Part shown: piece by piece, positions 27,074 through 41,339 of the stretch
Layout: every line of letters starts with the position of its first letter
Numbering within the stretch: the first letter of the stretch is position 1
Source: Chara braunii
Lineage: Eukaryota > Plantae > Charophyceae
NCBI GenBank assembly: GCA_003427395.1
Contig: BFEA01000018.1
Span: forward strand, 3,996,147-4,060,146
DNA length: 64,000 nt
Direction of reading: 5' to 3'
The notes under the pieces: model-generated
The model's database searches: none
Told to the model about the DNA's origin: nothing
Seen by the model: the letters and a program-made list of their open reading frames with translations, nothing else
Position numbers and translations under genes: made by a program

Positions 27074-29982
27074 CTGTGTGTCCTAACATCGGGCCACGGA
27101 CGGAATTAAACGTCGTTGTACCCATTGAATAGCCCCCAAAGCTCCCGTTGAATCTCGTTTAACGGGGAAACGGGGGTCTCCCGTTGAATCCTGAAAAACG
27201 AATTGGGCGCGTTGGGCCTCGGACACGTGGCCCTGCGTGCCCAAACACTAAAACCAGAAAAAAAAACATAAAATTTGACACCCCCCTACGAGTCCCCAAA
27301 CCTACCCGGAAGCCCTCTAAACCACTACGAGCCCCAACCCCCCTTCCCCCCCCCGCCCCATCCTGCCGCCCGCCCCATCCTGCCGCCCACCTCATCCTGC
27401 CTTTCCCAAACCTACCCGGAAGTATGTGTGTTTGTAAGTATGGGCCTCGTTAGACACTCCTCATGAGTTCCTTGAGCCACAAGGAAATTTCCTTGTGGCT
27501 CTTAAGGGAAATTTGCGGCGTTGTTCCACTCATCCTTGGGGACCTCCCCCGAGGATGTTTCCTTGTGGCTTGCCCACGACCGTTTTCATACGGAAATTAG
27601 CGGCCGTGGGGTCGGTCGTCCTTGGTCCAGCGTCTTTTGTCCGTGTGGAGGCGGCGTGGTCCAACGACGTGTGGCGGGAAACGGCATACGGCGGGCGACG
27701 GGAAAAAAAATTAACCTGAAGGGCGTCGACGTTTGAAATTCGAATTTCAAATGACGGCTGCGACGACGACGACGACGTGTGGCTGGCGGCGCGAAGACGG
27801 CGTATTGCTGAAACGGGCTCAGCGGCGGGGTCACTTCCGTCCCCCGGCCGTTGCGAGTGCACGGGCAGCGTCGGGTGCGTCCATCGCCGTGGACCTTCGC
27901 ACACGTCGACTGCGCCTTGCAACATGTTTCCGTGTGAGGGACTGCATTCAGAGAAAAGGGGCCAGCTTTCGACAGACATCTTCGGCTTCTTCGTCGGGTG
28001 TGGAAGGACGACACACACGGCAGCGGAGCGACGGGTCCGTGTCCAGGTCGCGGCTATGGAGGGCGGCGGAGAGGGTAGACGTGAGGTTGACGGCTCTTGA
28101 GCTGCAGGCCGTGGCGGCGGCCGTGTCCACTATCGTTCTTCGAGAGGAGAGGGCGCTAGGACGACTGAACGAGCAGTTGTGTGCGCTTAGACGGAGGACA
28201 TTGACGCAAGCTCCGGACGATGGGCCGGACTACGTGGCAACGTCGGAGGCTGTTGTTGAGCTGTGCTACACATTGGGTTGCGGAGTAATTCCTCGAGCGA
28301 CGCCGAGGTGGTGGATGAAGCGCAGGACAGGAGGCATGTGGGAAGACCTCAGGCAATGCGACGACGTGACAAACGACTACTTCCGGGAGAAGCTACGCAT
28401 GTCACCACGAGTGTTCCAGGAAATCGCGGAGGCGTGTGCGCCCTCGCCGCACAGAGGAGCACGACGTCCACGTGTACGAGAGGAGAAGAACGACCCCGGT
28501 GGGACTGCTCCGCGGCGAGAAGAACACAAGAGAGACGGCGCCGAACCTCCACGTGGCGAGACAGATCCGCGGCGACAAGGAGAGAGTGCCCCGCCGATGG
28601 GAGTTCCGCTGATGGGGCGAGAACAGCGACTCACGAATGGATCGCGCGTGGCGACGGCCGCGTTTGCAACGACGATGAAGAAGCGCCCTCGCCACACATA
28701 GGAGCTCAACGTCCACGTCTACGAGAGGAGGAGAACAACCCCGGCGAGACTGCTCCGCGGCGAGAAGAAGACAAGAGAGACGGCGCTGAACCTCCCAAGG
28801 GCCGAGACGGATCCGCGGAGACAAGGAGAGAGTGCTCTGCCTTAGATCAGCCCGAAGAGAAGAACTCCGTCGTCAGAAGAAAGATCGAGGGAAGATCTGT
28901 GCTCCGACGTGCAAGGCGTGACGACAAACGACGAAAACGATGATCTTCCGAGGTGAAACTGTCGTCGTTGAAAGCGGCGCCGGCGCGGAAAAGCATTCGA
29001 ATTTCCGACCGTTGTCGACGATCGCCCGGCGCAGCAGACCGCATGACACAGGCCAGCGACGCTTGATTCAACGGACGGAGGCCTCACGCGGACGGTGACC
29101 GTTTGGAGCCGTTGGGGTGCCGCGCAGATGGTGGAGGGCAGGGATGTCCGTGCTCCCGTTCGGTGGACCACGTCTGGACCACCCTCAAACCGAAACTGTC
29201 CGTCGACGCATGCCTTCGCCGCTCCAAATTTCGCGCTCCCTTGTGCTCCGCGGGACCTCGGGAGGTCCCTTGGGGGTTAGGAAAAATTTGGCTGTAGCCA
29301 CAAGGACGCCACAAGGAAATTTCCTTGTGCTGTTTTCACATTTTTTTCGAGAATCGTCCCCGAGGACAGGTGGAACGAGCAGTTCCTTGTGGATTTCGGG
29401 TCTACAAGGAGTGTCTAACGAGGCCCTATGTGTGTGTGCGCGCATGATTGTTGGTGTGTGTGTTTGTGTGTGCATGTGTGTGTGTTTATGTATGTTTATG
29501 TGTTGTGTGTCTGTGTGTATGTGTGCGTCTTTTTTTCCTTTTTTTTGAATTGTTTTTATGTTTTTGTTGTACATCTTTGAAAGATCCACAACTCTATATT
29601 TTTTATTTGTTTTTTCTGTTTTTTGTTTTGCCCTAAAAAAATATTTATGAAACTCCCCCCCAAAAAAAACACTCATTTCATTCTTTGTTGTTTTTTTTTC
29701 AGTGTTTATGTTTTTCATTTTTTTTAAATATAGTCAAAGCTAAAAAAATCAAATAAAAAATATGGCGTTGTAGACCTTAAAAATTTCTACAACCCCATAT
29801 TTTCTAAATTTTGTTTTGATTATTTTTAGCCCATAAAAAAATAAATGCGGACCCCGTTGTAACCCATCTAACGGGCTTCACATATTCAACACGGATTCAA
29901 CGCGCGTTGAATCTTTCAACGCGGAAACCACGTTGAATCTTTCAACGCGGAACCCACGTTGAATCGATTTTCGGGCACACAG
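27074..29982. mobile_element. Possible non-autonomous TIR element hosting the Harbinger copy
   Basis: CTGTGTGTCCTAACATCG versus reverse complement CTGTGTGCCCGAAAATCG (15/18); CGTTGAATC subterminal repeats at both ends; no clear TSD. Confidence 0.5.
27442..29426 (+). mobile_element. PIF/Harbinger internal-deletion derivative
   Basis: Perfect 20 bp TIR GGGCCTCGTTAGACACTCCT; 3 bp TSD TAT; subterminal palindromes GCCACAAGGAAATTTCCTTGTG; transposase N-terminal motif WWMKRRTGGMW...YFREKLRMSPRVFQEI (28305-28440); no DDE core. Confidence 0.9.
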
Positions 29983-29984
29983 CA

Positions 29985-30870
29985 CGAGGCCATAATGCCC
30001 TCCCAGACGGCGCAGTCTCACACGTTCTCCACATTCTGTTCTTCTGTATCCAGCTGCTTTCACAACCATAGCATTGTTGCTCTTGCTTTTCTTTGTTTCG
30101 TCTTTGCTTTTTTTTTCCACTGCCGTGACGACCATGGGGCAATAATGCCCTCAAGGATGGTGACCTCTCACACCTTCTCCAGATTCTGTGTCCACCTGCT
30201 TTCACGACCATAGCTCGTCGTTTTTTTTTTTTTTTTTCCATGTGAGGCCTAGACATCTCGGCTGTGGCCTGAACATCTTAACCCTGGCCCAGCCACAGGC
30301 GTGGCCTAGACATCTTCGGTCGTGACCCAGCCACAGGCGTGGCCTTTAAACATCTTCGGTCGTGGCCCAGCCACAGGCGTGGCCTATACACCTGAGGTGT
30401 GGCCTATACACCTGGGGCGTGGCCTAGACATCTTGGCTGTGGCCCAGCCACAGGCATGGCCTAGACATGTTGACCATGGCCCAGCCACAGCCGTGGCCTA
30501 GACATCTCGGCTGCGGCACGGCCGCAGGCGTGGCCTAGACATCTCGGTTGTGGCCCAGCCACGGGTGTGGCCTAGACATCTCGGCCGCGGCCCGGCCATG
30601 GGCGTGGCCTGGACATCTCGGCCGTGGCCCGGCCACAAAATGAAAAACAAAAACAAAAAAAAAGAAGCCCCCCNNNNNNNNNNNNNNNNNNNNGGTCGTG
30701 AAAGCACCTGGATACAGAATCTGGAGATCGTCTGAGACTGTGCGTGCCCTCCGGGAGGGTGTTATAGCATGAAAAAAAAAAAGCAACAACCCTATGGGCG
30801 TGAAAGAAGCCGAAAACAGAAGAACAAAACGTGTGAGATTGCAGCCTCCGGGAGGGCGTTATAGCCCCAT
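29985..30870. repeat. Foldback-like element: inverted arms around a ~37 bp tandem repeat
   Basis: Two units at 29990-30212 are reverse-complementary to two units at 30694-30870; the centre 30245-30637 is GGCCTAGACATCTCGGC...CCAGCCACAGGCGT repeats. Confidence 0.75.
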
Positions 30871-33800
30871 GTTTTTTTTTGCCTTTCCCCATGTTTTTTC
30901 TGCCTTTCCAAACTCAGCCACGACATACCTGCCAACGGACCAATGTTTTTGCTCATTCCGAACTCAAAGCGTGACTCCAGAGCAGTTTTCTCTTTTTTTT
31001 TTTTTTTTTTTGCCCGAACAGGATGTGCAGAATAGGAATACACTCACTACCAACACCGCCTCAACAGAGGATGAATGACAACAGATGATTGTGACTCAAG
31101 ATGAATGACAATGCAAAAAAAAAAAAAAAAAGGAAGTGGAATGATAAAGCGGCCCGGTCATGGATGGCGCTGGACAGAAAGTTGTCCCAAATACGGCTAT
31201 AATGACCAAACGTTCTATTTGTGGGAAGACGGTAACCGTATAATGACCAAACGTTCTATTTGTGGGAAGACGGTAACCGTAATCTCCCAGCGAGGCTGAT
31301 GGAAGGGATAATACATGTCAGCCATTACGCTGCGGACAGGCACACTTATGACCCAGGCACAAGGCGGTAAAGGTCAAGTCTTCTAGCGGCAGTTTAGTCT
31401 TCGAGGCACAGCAGTGCCACTTGGGTACAATGAGGGCTCTCAGCAACAGTGAAAGTGAAACCAGCAAGATTGAAGTGAAATCAGCAAAAAGAGTGAACTC
31501 GGTGGTGATCGGCGCAAAATAAGGCGGACGATCATCAAGAGTGAAAATTCAGATCGGAAACAGAGTAGCAAATAAACAAAGAACAAAGATCAGCAAAAGA
31601 GTGGGGGGGAAAGGAATAGATCAGCAAAAGCGTGAAAAGAAAAGAAAAACAAAGATCGGTAGAACAGTGAAAACGAAAACACAGAAAACAAATCAGCAAA
31701 AGAGCCCTCGGTGAGGGTGAAGAGGCACCCCAAGACTCTTGAGCCCAAACTCTTCAGGTCACAAGCAGAAGCCGGGTAATGGCCCCGGTCTCAGACAGAT
31801 GTCTTTAAGGGATGCTGGACCCGCTTTTCAGCAGGTGTAGCTCCCCACCAATCGACAGAGCAGCTGGCAACGGCCCTACTAAGCGAGTCTGGTCATATCA
31901 TCCCCCCTAGTAGGCCATGGCCGGCACACTCAATTTTTTTTTTTAGCAAAAGATCCAAAACGGATGCGCAGAGTCAAAATGGATCTGCAGAAGACTGAAG
32001 TCTGATAAGAGAGAGAAAAACATTGGGTCAGCAACAGTTGTAAAGTTGCACAGAAAGGACTACAGCAAAAGACTGACTGGAAACCGGCATCCTTGGAGTC
32101 CGATAAGAGAGAGAGAGAGAGAGAGAGAGGGCGGGAGAGAGAGTAGAGAGAAGTTAGATGAGCGAGAGCAACTGAGTAATGCAACAACGACAAGATCATC
32201 AAGCAAAACACCATTGATATTGCTTACGCAGCACCTGATAATGGGGGGACACTCTCTTCCTCCCTCACCTCCGCCTCGCCCAAGCAATGCAGACGTGGTG
32301 GACGAAAAAATAAAGACCCACGACTCATGGCTGCACAACACGAATGATGATTCCATGTAAGCATTAAATTATCCAAAATTTGATTCAGTACAAGACACCG
32401 ACGAGATAGCTAAACGTTACACTATACACTGACCCATCAATAACCAAGCCAAGATGCAAGCCGGGGCTTTCACTGGTGGGGTTTCTTTTCAGTATAAACA
32501 GATCTGAAGCTTTTTTTTTTTTTGAACGAAAACAACCCCTATCTATTCCGAGGGGTACCACTCCGGTTGCTTAACACCAGCAAGCATAAGATAAAAAAAA
32601 GAGATAATACATGAAAAATCAGAAAAAATCAGTGAGCCCAAGGGCTGTATATAATGAGCAGCGGGAGACTACCTAAAGTACCCATTCCTACCCAAAACAA
32701 CTCCAGCAGCAGCACAGATTCCATGATTACCCTGCTGTCTGACGTAATCAATGTGTCACAAACACAGAAAAGTCGAGGCATAACAGTTATGATTACGAAC
32801 CAACCAATCAAGCCAAATGTCCTCAAGGTTTGAAGTCCTAGCAGATGCAAGTTCGGACAGTTCATAGTTATGCGAGCACTTCGTAATGACAATGCAGCGG
32901 CAGTTATGACTTGAAAGCCTCCTCGTACTTGACCTCCTTCCTTCTTTCTCATTTTCCCTTCCTCCCTTCTTCCTTCGTCTTCCTCCTTCCTTCTTACTTC
33001 TGCCTCCTTCCTCCTCGTTCCTCCTTGCTCCTTCCTTCGTCCCCCTTCTTCCTTCTTCCTTCTTCCTTCTTCCTTCTTCCTTCCTCCTTCCACGCCCATC
33101 CTTCTCTATTCCTCTTTCCTCTTGCCCGCTTCATCCTCCCTCATGCCTCCTTCCTCTCTTCCTCCTTCCTCCACCCAACTTAAGTAGAGTTGAGAACCAC
33201 GTCCAACATTAACTTGTACGAACACAGCGCATTTGGATATGACACATTCCTGAGTGCAAAATGTTCAACAAAAGCCAAGGGTACTGTGAATACTAAGAAT
33301 TCCGAACAGTGGCCAAGGTTCAAAAGCCCAGCAAACAGAGCGCTGCCACGTGGATGACACGTGGCGAAACGAGACTACAGACCGTTGTTCCAACACGGGA
33401 GCTTCCTTCTCGATTACAGAATCAGCTCAACGGGAGCTAGAGGACTGCATATACCGAGCAGTGTTCACACCGGTAATCGAAGTTCCGAGGCCCAGCAAAT
33501 GGAGTGTGGCCATGTGGATGCGTAGTACAAGGAACAAGCGCAGACACGGTGGTTCGATATGAGACCTTCCTTTCTTTTTTATTGCAAGATCTCTCATCAT
33601 CAAGCGCCAGGGGAATGCATGTACCTGATCTGCCAAGCATGTTCATTGGACTGATTGACAATCCGAGGCCAAGCAAATGGAGAGTGGCCACGTGGATGAC
33701 GAGGGACGAGAGCAACGTGTCAATGATGTACCTGACTAACAAACTCTAGCTGATTGCGAAAAGACACTGCTGCTGTCCCCCCTCTTCACTATGACACAAA

Positions 33801-34059
33801 TGTCTCTCTCGCCTTCCCCTCCTTTCCCCATTCCATCCAAAAGAATGTTGTTCGTTACCACTAACTCTTCTCCTTTCCACCAAGGCGAAGTGACATATAC
33901 TACCACTCTCCCCCCTTCCNNNNNNNNNNNNNNNNNNNNNNNNNNNNNNNNNNNNNNNNNNNNNNNNNNNNNNNNNNNNNNNNNNNNNNNNNNNNNNNNN
34001 NNNNNNNNNNNNNNNNNNNNNNNNNNNNNNNNNNNNNNNNNNNNNNNNNNNNNNNNNNN

Positions 34060-34114
<55 letters not shown>

Positions 34115-34825
34115 CAGCACGCATCACCCTCTTGATCGATCTTCCCGCCTTGCTGGCCTTACTCTTTCGTTCCCAGCCAAACCTAATCGTCTGGCACATG
34201 TCACCCTCTTGATCAATCATTTCCCTTCCTCCCATTGCCATCTCTACCCTCATCCTTTTCCCTCCTTTCTCCTCCTCTCCCCTCGTCCTTTTTCCTCCTT
34301 TCTCCTCCTCTCCCCTCGTCCTCCCTCCTTTCTCCTTCTCTCCCCTCGTCCTTTTCCCTCCTTTCTCCTCTCCCCTCGTCCTTCTTCCTCCTTTCTCCTC
34401 CTCTCCCCTTGTCCTCCCTCCTTTCTCCTTCTCTCCCCTCGTCCTTTTCCCTCCTTTCTCCTCATCTCCCCTCGTCCTTTTCCCTCATTTCTCCTCCACC
34501 TTTTGCCTGCCATAATGTGCCACGTGGCACACCGACACTCATTACCCTCTTGATCAATCTTTTGCCTCATGTAATGTGCCATGTGGCACTGGCACATCAA
34601 CACAGGTCACCCTCTCAATGAATCCTCCCGCCTTGCTGGCCTTACTTCTCCATCGTTCCCAGTCACCTTATCCGTCTGCCACTTGTTACCCTCTTGATCA
34701 ATTCTTTCCCTCCCTCTCAGTGTCATCTCTACCCTCGTCCCAGTTGGTCTTGGGATTACGATAGCAACTGTTCGATGTTAATTGTCAAAGCAGAAAATAT
34801 ACTAATACAGTAACACTGCCGAAAA

Positions 34826-34920
34826 GTCCTATGGGGTATAGGTTTAGATGGGAATGATAGAAAGAAGATTAGCATGAACCCTGCACAAGGATGATACGCA
34901 TGAGTCGAAAAATAGTCCAA
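34826..34920 (+). pseudogene. U6: Old, near full-length U6 retrocopy
   Basis: Gap-free alignment to U6 from GTCCT to AATAGTCCAA, including GAAGATTAGCATGAACCCTGCACAAGGATGATACGCAT. Eroded TSD candidate TAACACTGCCGAAAA / TGATACTGCTGGAAA. Confidence 0.82.
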
Positions 34921-36059
34921 TAAGGGGAAAAAAGTATTGATACTGCTGGAAATCATCTGCAGTGCACATATTTCAGATTGGGTGTGTACATTTCAAAACG
35001 GGTAAAGATAACCTCCTCCCTCGTGCTAGTGGTCTTCTTCACTTCCTCCCTGCACCCGGCCATATCCTCCCGCCTCCCGTAGTTTTTTGCTTCGATGGGC
35101 TTCTTACTGTGTGCACGTGTGAGCACTACGAGTCCCCTTGGGGATGGGAAGGTTTCACGACTTACCTCGGAATCTGATGGCGGGAAAGATTGTAGGACGT
35201 TGCTCGCAGCGGCTGTGGATGATACTCCCCGTCCTTTGTGTGTACACTCTACCAAAAGATACGTGTACCTCTCGTAATTGGCATACGCATTTTCATCATC
35301 ATGATCATCATCACGATATGCCGAAGAAGTGGATCAGGTAAAAGAAGGATGCCGGCTGGGATACAAGACCCGTCACTTCTACCATGTTCAACAGGTCGAA
35401 AGGTGACCAATTGCGGATCTTCTCATACCATCGTCGCAGAAGATCAAACGATGCCGCAAAGAACAAGACTATAAAGAACCGGTTTGTCAGCCATATAGGC
35501 AAGGGAAACACATCGCTAGAGAGAGGGCAATGCTTCTGCACTGGCGATGAAGCCTCCTTTCCCTTGCCGCCAACAGCGGCATGGTGCTTGACCGAGCAAT
35601 ACATGACCTGAGATTGCGCCTGGGTAGACATAATCTCTTCACCAATTACAATCTTCTTCCACTTGCTCTTTCCTCCTCTTTCCACTCCCTCCCCTTTCCC
35701 ACGATGTAACAGAACACCTTCTTCCCCATCATAGGAAATTCCCCGCTCGGGTTTCTGAGAAACAGTTAGGCTTCGGTTCCCCCGACACGTTCCTTGTCAA
35801 AGAGAACTAGTTGGCTTGAGCCATGCAAGCACACACACCTCCTCCGCCTCTGATATCTCACAAGAAAGGCAGAGAGAAGAGAAAGCAACACCAATGCTGT
35901 TAGATATCCTCATCCTTTGCCTCTCGTCCCCCTTCCCTCACTCTCCTCCCCACCTCCTAAGCGCTCGTCAGCTACCCTAGAGAAAAATAACGGCCATGGA
36001 CAGCCGGAATCCCATCAACAAAACATTGAATCGAAGGTTCGCTTAGCACTCGAATACCC

Positions 36060-36136
<77 letters not shown>

Positions 36137-36240
36137 CGTATGTACGAGCACAGGCACACAACGGTACGCGCTGTCAAGAATCAAGATCCTCGACAATGCA
36201 TGGCCGCATGCACTGGAGAAGATCCAATCGGTGGTAGACG

Positions 36241-36275
<35 letters not shown>

Positions 36276-36590
36276 CCCCCCCCCCGGGTGTGTGTCTGGC
36301 CTACGAGCACAGACACACGACAGTATGCGCCCTCTCCAGAATCAAGACGCACCAAGATGACGACACGGAGCAGGCAACGGATATTGCGGCAAACCGAGCG
36401 ACTATAGGCTACTGGACACTGTCGTACTGAACGGAGACTGATATTGCGGCCCGCTGTGCATATACAATTTGGCGACCTACAGGCTATGCGTTACACACTG
36501 AATGAAGGTCAGAGGGTCTAGCCCGCGCCACTTACGACAAAAAAGAACGTGAGTGAATCTTTCCCCAAAAGGTGGCAAGCTGCATCGATA

Positions 36591-36629
<39 letters not shown>

Positions 36630-36965
36630 TTTACTATATTTCCGAAATCAATTGAGGCTGGGGACCTCACAATTCAACCCGGAGTTATCCCGGCAGCATC
36701 AGCCGGTTTCGCTTACAGCCAATCGGCTGGTTTCCCTGCAACCTGTTTCCACCTGTGTAACTCATGCACGTATAGAACCCTACTTATCTTTAAAAGCGCT
36801 ACTAGGCGCTCACCTGGACTCGGACGACCACTCTATGTATACCCTACCAGATGGGTCCTAATATGGATCCTAAGGGCTGAAGCTGTTTCTTACCCGAGCC
36901 TTGCCGTACTGAGTGACCAAGTACTGCATCGCCCCCCTTATACCCATCTATTTTGGGACACTGTA

Positions 36966-39900
36966 TCAAACCTTAGACAACCAATCTGAAAGAACCAGTT
37001 TCCCGCTTNCAGCTGAAACTGCTGCCAGTCTGTTGCGTTTTGCCCATGCACGAAGGAACCACAGTCTTGCCCGAGCTCTAGCCNGGCCTGACGTATTNAA
37101 CACCTTTCTGTTCCAATCCACGATGATCATCCTTCTCACCATTGATTTCATCCCCTGTTTCAAAGTATCATCTGAAAAGTACCTTTTTTGGTACAAAACA
37201 GAATTTCTTTCTTTCCAAATCCACCAAATGGCCACTGCCCTCAGTGCCACTGCCACATAGCCCCATCCCTTACGGGGCGAAAGGGTGGGTGGGAGTTTAC
37301 CTGTGAGGGCCCAACCTAGGTCCCATCCCAGATCCGCGGGGCCTCCCATCCCTTTCCAGTGCAATTCCCACCAACGCCAGATCCGGTGAGACAAGGGGCA
37401 AGTGCCCCATGGATGCATCGAGTCTTCCGGGCTACGGTGACACCTGGGACATTGGACTTCCACATTCATACCTCTCATGAACAGGCTAACTGCGTCCAAG
37501 GGGGCCCTGTGAGTCAACAACCATACCACTGCGGCCGTTTTGGAACACGGGAGCCGTCGGCAGTAGTCCCAGGTTTCTGTGTAGAATTCCTTCGAGAGTG
37601 GTTCACCATTCGGGGCTGTCGAGTACGCTTCCTGAATCTTCTGAGTGGTGCTCCCTTGTGCGCGGAGCAAAGTCATGCCAAGCTTGGAAGTGTAATTATG
37701 CATTGTTGGTCTTTTCCTTGCTTTTGGCCAGCCATATACTTCTGTGTATATCTTCAGCCTTCTGATTCGGGTTCCATCATAGGACAAAACTGGTGCATCC
37801 ACTCCTGGTATCACAAACTGAATCGACACCCTCACTTCCTCCACCAATGATGCCACGTTGATATCCCTTGTCTCTTTGAAAACCAACCTGCCTGCGTCAT
37901 TTTGATCCTTCAGTCCCCACACCTCCACTTTCCCATCCTCTAGGTCTTTGAAATACTCTGGCTCATGGAGCCCCATCTGTAGCGTTGGCACAAACCATTT
38001 ACCCCGCCCTGGGAGCCTCCTGCTCAACAGATCCTTCCATTCTGATGGGATGGCTGCAAGCACTTCCTGAAGTCTCCTGTCCACATACCGTACTCTGCCC
38101 AATCTGCGTTTGACTTCCTCGGTTGACTGCCAGTCTTGTTCCAGCTCATCCCAGATATCCTCAATCCTCAGAATGCCTTTTTCTATCCATGNTCTACCAA
38201 AGCTTTCTTTACCTGCCGTCGCCGTAAAACTTCTGCCATCCGCCTTGCAGATGCGCTGATTGTCGAATAACGGTTGTCTNAGTACCTCATCCCTGGTTCT
38301 TGNGTCTTGCAGCGGCTCAGGTGCAACTGTCTTCCAAGCTTGGAGGATCCCCTGCCAAAAAGATGANTTCACTTTCCTACGNCNATATGATTCCANCGTG
38401 AGTAGTAGCCAGATATNCTCCCCTCTGCTAAGATCNCAATCCTTNGCCAACTGGTATTCTGCCAGNGCNATCCANCTTCTCCCCTCGGTGTCCAATGCCG
38501 CTTTTACGGGCCATTTGCTCAGCAAGGCTGTATTTTGCCTTACCGGGTCCAGCAGAGCCAGCCCCCCCTCTTCTCGGGTCACCGTCAATTTATCCCAAGA
38601 GAGCTTGGACATGAATCATTGCCCTTCCTCTGCATCAGGTTTCCAGATATATCGCGAAGCAGCTTGTCTGATTTTTTTGGCTGCAGTCCTTCCCAATGGT
38701 CTCACTAATCCCGCATACCATAGTTGAGAGAAAACGGAGGCATTAAGAACAAGGACTCTGCCGAAGAGAGAGAGGCCATACGTCGCCTTCCACTTCTGCA
38801 AACGGTTCTCCACCCGCTCCAATAGTAGTTTATCTTGAAGTTCTGCACAATTTTGTAGCGAAACTTGAACACCAAGGAATCTTTCCAATGAATCAGCAAG
38901 TATCTTCTTCATTCCCAATTCTAAGCACAGGTCAAACTGATCAGGAAGAAAAAAAGACGATTTTGACCAATTAACTTGAGCCTCACACAGATCGCAATAT
39001 TCTATTAAGACTCATTTAACTGCTGCTACCGAACCGACCGTATTCCTGGTCACAATCGTAAGATCGTCTGCGAGGGCGTTTCCTTTGAACTGTTGATGAC
39101 CTTGTATGTGCAGACCCACAATGTATGGATCTTGTCTGACGTTGTTCAGAAGGACGTCCATTTGAACTGCAAATAGCAGTGGCGCCAGGGGTAGCCCTGC
39201 CGCAGAGATCGCGTCAACGAAAAAGTGGGGGAGATACGACCATTGATCATGACTGATGCTGTGGAGTGGAAGTACAAGGCTTTCACCCAGACGCAGTAGT
39301 TTTCTCCTATGCCTATGTGTCGTAGTGAAGTGAGCACAAAGCCCCAATTCACCCGATCGTACACTTTTTTTAGGTCCAGGAGCAACACCGTTGTGTCCAA
39401 GTTCTCTTCAGTTATCACCTCTATAGCCTCCACCACGGTCACTATGTTATCCAAAATCGATCTTCCCCTCACAAAAGCACCCTGATCAACTCCAACCAGA
39501 TCCGGAAGGTATTCTGCTAATCTGCGAGCCAACGTTTTGGCCAAAAGCTTATAGACTGTGTTCAGTAGAGATATAGGGGGCCAATTTCTAACGTTATTTT
39601 TTTCCCCTTTTTTGAACAACAGAGTTCCCTTGGTCATACTGGCAGGGAGTTGTGTGCAGGTTAGTACCTCATTGTAAATATCAACTAAGCTGTTCTTAAA
39701 TGTAACCCAAAATTTCAGAAAAAATTCGATGGGGAGGCCGTCCCCCCCCGGGGCTTTGCCCTTGGCCATACTTTCTGCCGCGCGAGTGAGTTCCTCCACT
39801 GTTATGGGTCGGTCTAGAGCAAGTTTGGCCTGTTGGGGTAATCTAGCTCTAGTATGCTCCCAAAATAGGGATGTGTCAGCCATATGCTTATCCACATCTT

Positions 39901-41206
39901 CCAACGGTTTCCTTGAGGTTAAAATGTCGTGGAAGTAGGTTACAACATACTCACACATTTTGTCTGTTTTGCTTGAGGGTCTCAGATTAGTGTTAAAAGG
40001 ATGCGCTAACTCTTTCATTATTCGATGTTGGGAAGAGTGACGTTTCACCAACGCAAAGGTTTCTTTGGTCATGAGATCCATTTTTTCCATCCCTTTCAGT
40101 TTGCATCGTTCCAGCCAAACCTTTTGCTTTTCTAACTGGATCACTTCCCATTTAGAGAGCCAGCGTACCCTCTCCCCAACCCAAAAAACATCTGATACTG
40201 GGTGCTGTCCCATGGATCGTTCTGCTTCCTCTATTTTAGCCTTGCATTCGTTTTCTTCCTTATTTCTAAAGTAGGCATTGATAATAGAGAAAGCAACTAG
40301 GGCTTTTGAGATGATTCCTAGGCCGGACACTAGCCAATCCCCTTTAGTTGCAAACAGATTCTTTGTCTGTTTCCACGCTTTACTTTGATCTTTTACCCAT
40401 CGAATGATTCCTTCATCCCTCAGATTTTCCACATTTAGCCTAAAATACCTTCGTTCTCTGTCTATACACGGGTCTGGCTTGAAGTGGGCCAAAATGGGGT
40501 AGTGGTCCGATAAGGGGTTCACCACAGTGTGGATGGATGTCAGAGATTCCCATGCCGATGCTCGGACGAACATCATGTCCAATCGCCTTTGAGATCTGGT
40601 GCACGGAGGCTTTTTGCTGGCTGGATGCCAGGTAAAGCCGAAGTCCTCTGGATGGGTGACTCTAAAGGCATCTGTCAGCCCTTGCCTCTCAAGCAGGGAC
40701 AACAGTAACTTTGCATCTGTGCGAACGGGCCCTACTGACAATGAGTCAATGCCCAGATTAAGGACTGAATTCCAGTCCCCTGTCAGTATTAAGTTCTCCA
40801 CATCTGGGATGAACTCAGGTAAGTCTGTCAAAAACTGTATGCGCTCCTTCCTATCCGAGGGGGCATATACACACATAATTACCCATTCTTGTTCCGCGAT
40901 AATCCCTTTAATCCAGAGCCACCAGCCCTAATTATCCACACTTTCATTGACCCACTGGAAGTCCATGTCCCTGTGAATGAGAATCGCAGTACCTCCCTTC
41001 GAACCCTGCGCTGGGGCCCACAACTGCGGGCCCTCCCACCATCGTCCTACTTCTGCGATTTTTCCACTATCTAGTTTCGTCTCTTGCAGGCATACTATCT
41101 GAGCTTTTTGCTTGTGGATCCAAGACTTTAGCAATCTCTTTTTCTCTCTCCCATTAGAGTCCCCTAGGCCTCTTACATTCCAGGAGGCGACAGACAAACC
41201 ATTCAT
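36966..41206 (-). pseudogene. LINE ORF2 (AP endonuclease, RT, zf-RVT), broken into 5 ORFs
   Basis: SWNVRGL, CLQETK, GDWN, SDH; KAPGGDGLP, PISLLNTVYKLLAK, QGAFVRGR, LRQG, LADD; CPRC-x8-H-x4-C. Confidence 0.96.
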
Positions 41207-41339
41207 GTCTGGGAGGCCTGACCGGTATGTTTATGGATTTGGTCTGCCGAAGTTCCCGTTCCCGGCACCTTCCTTCTTCTCCCCTTCTCAGACTGTCTCT
41301 CTCTGTTTGGGGCCCAAGGCAATGACAAACTGTCGCTGA

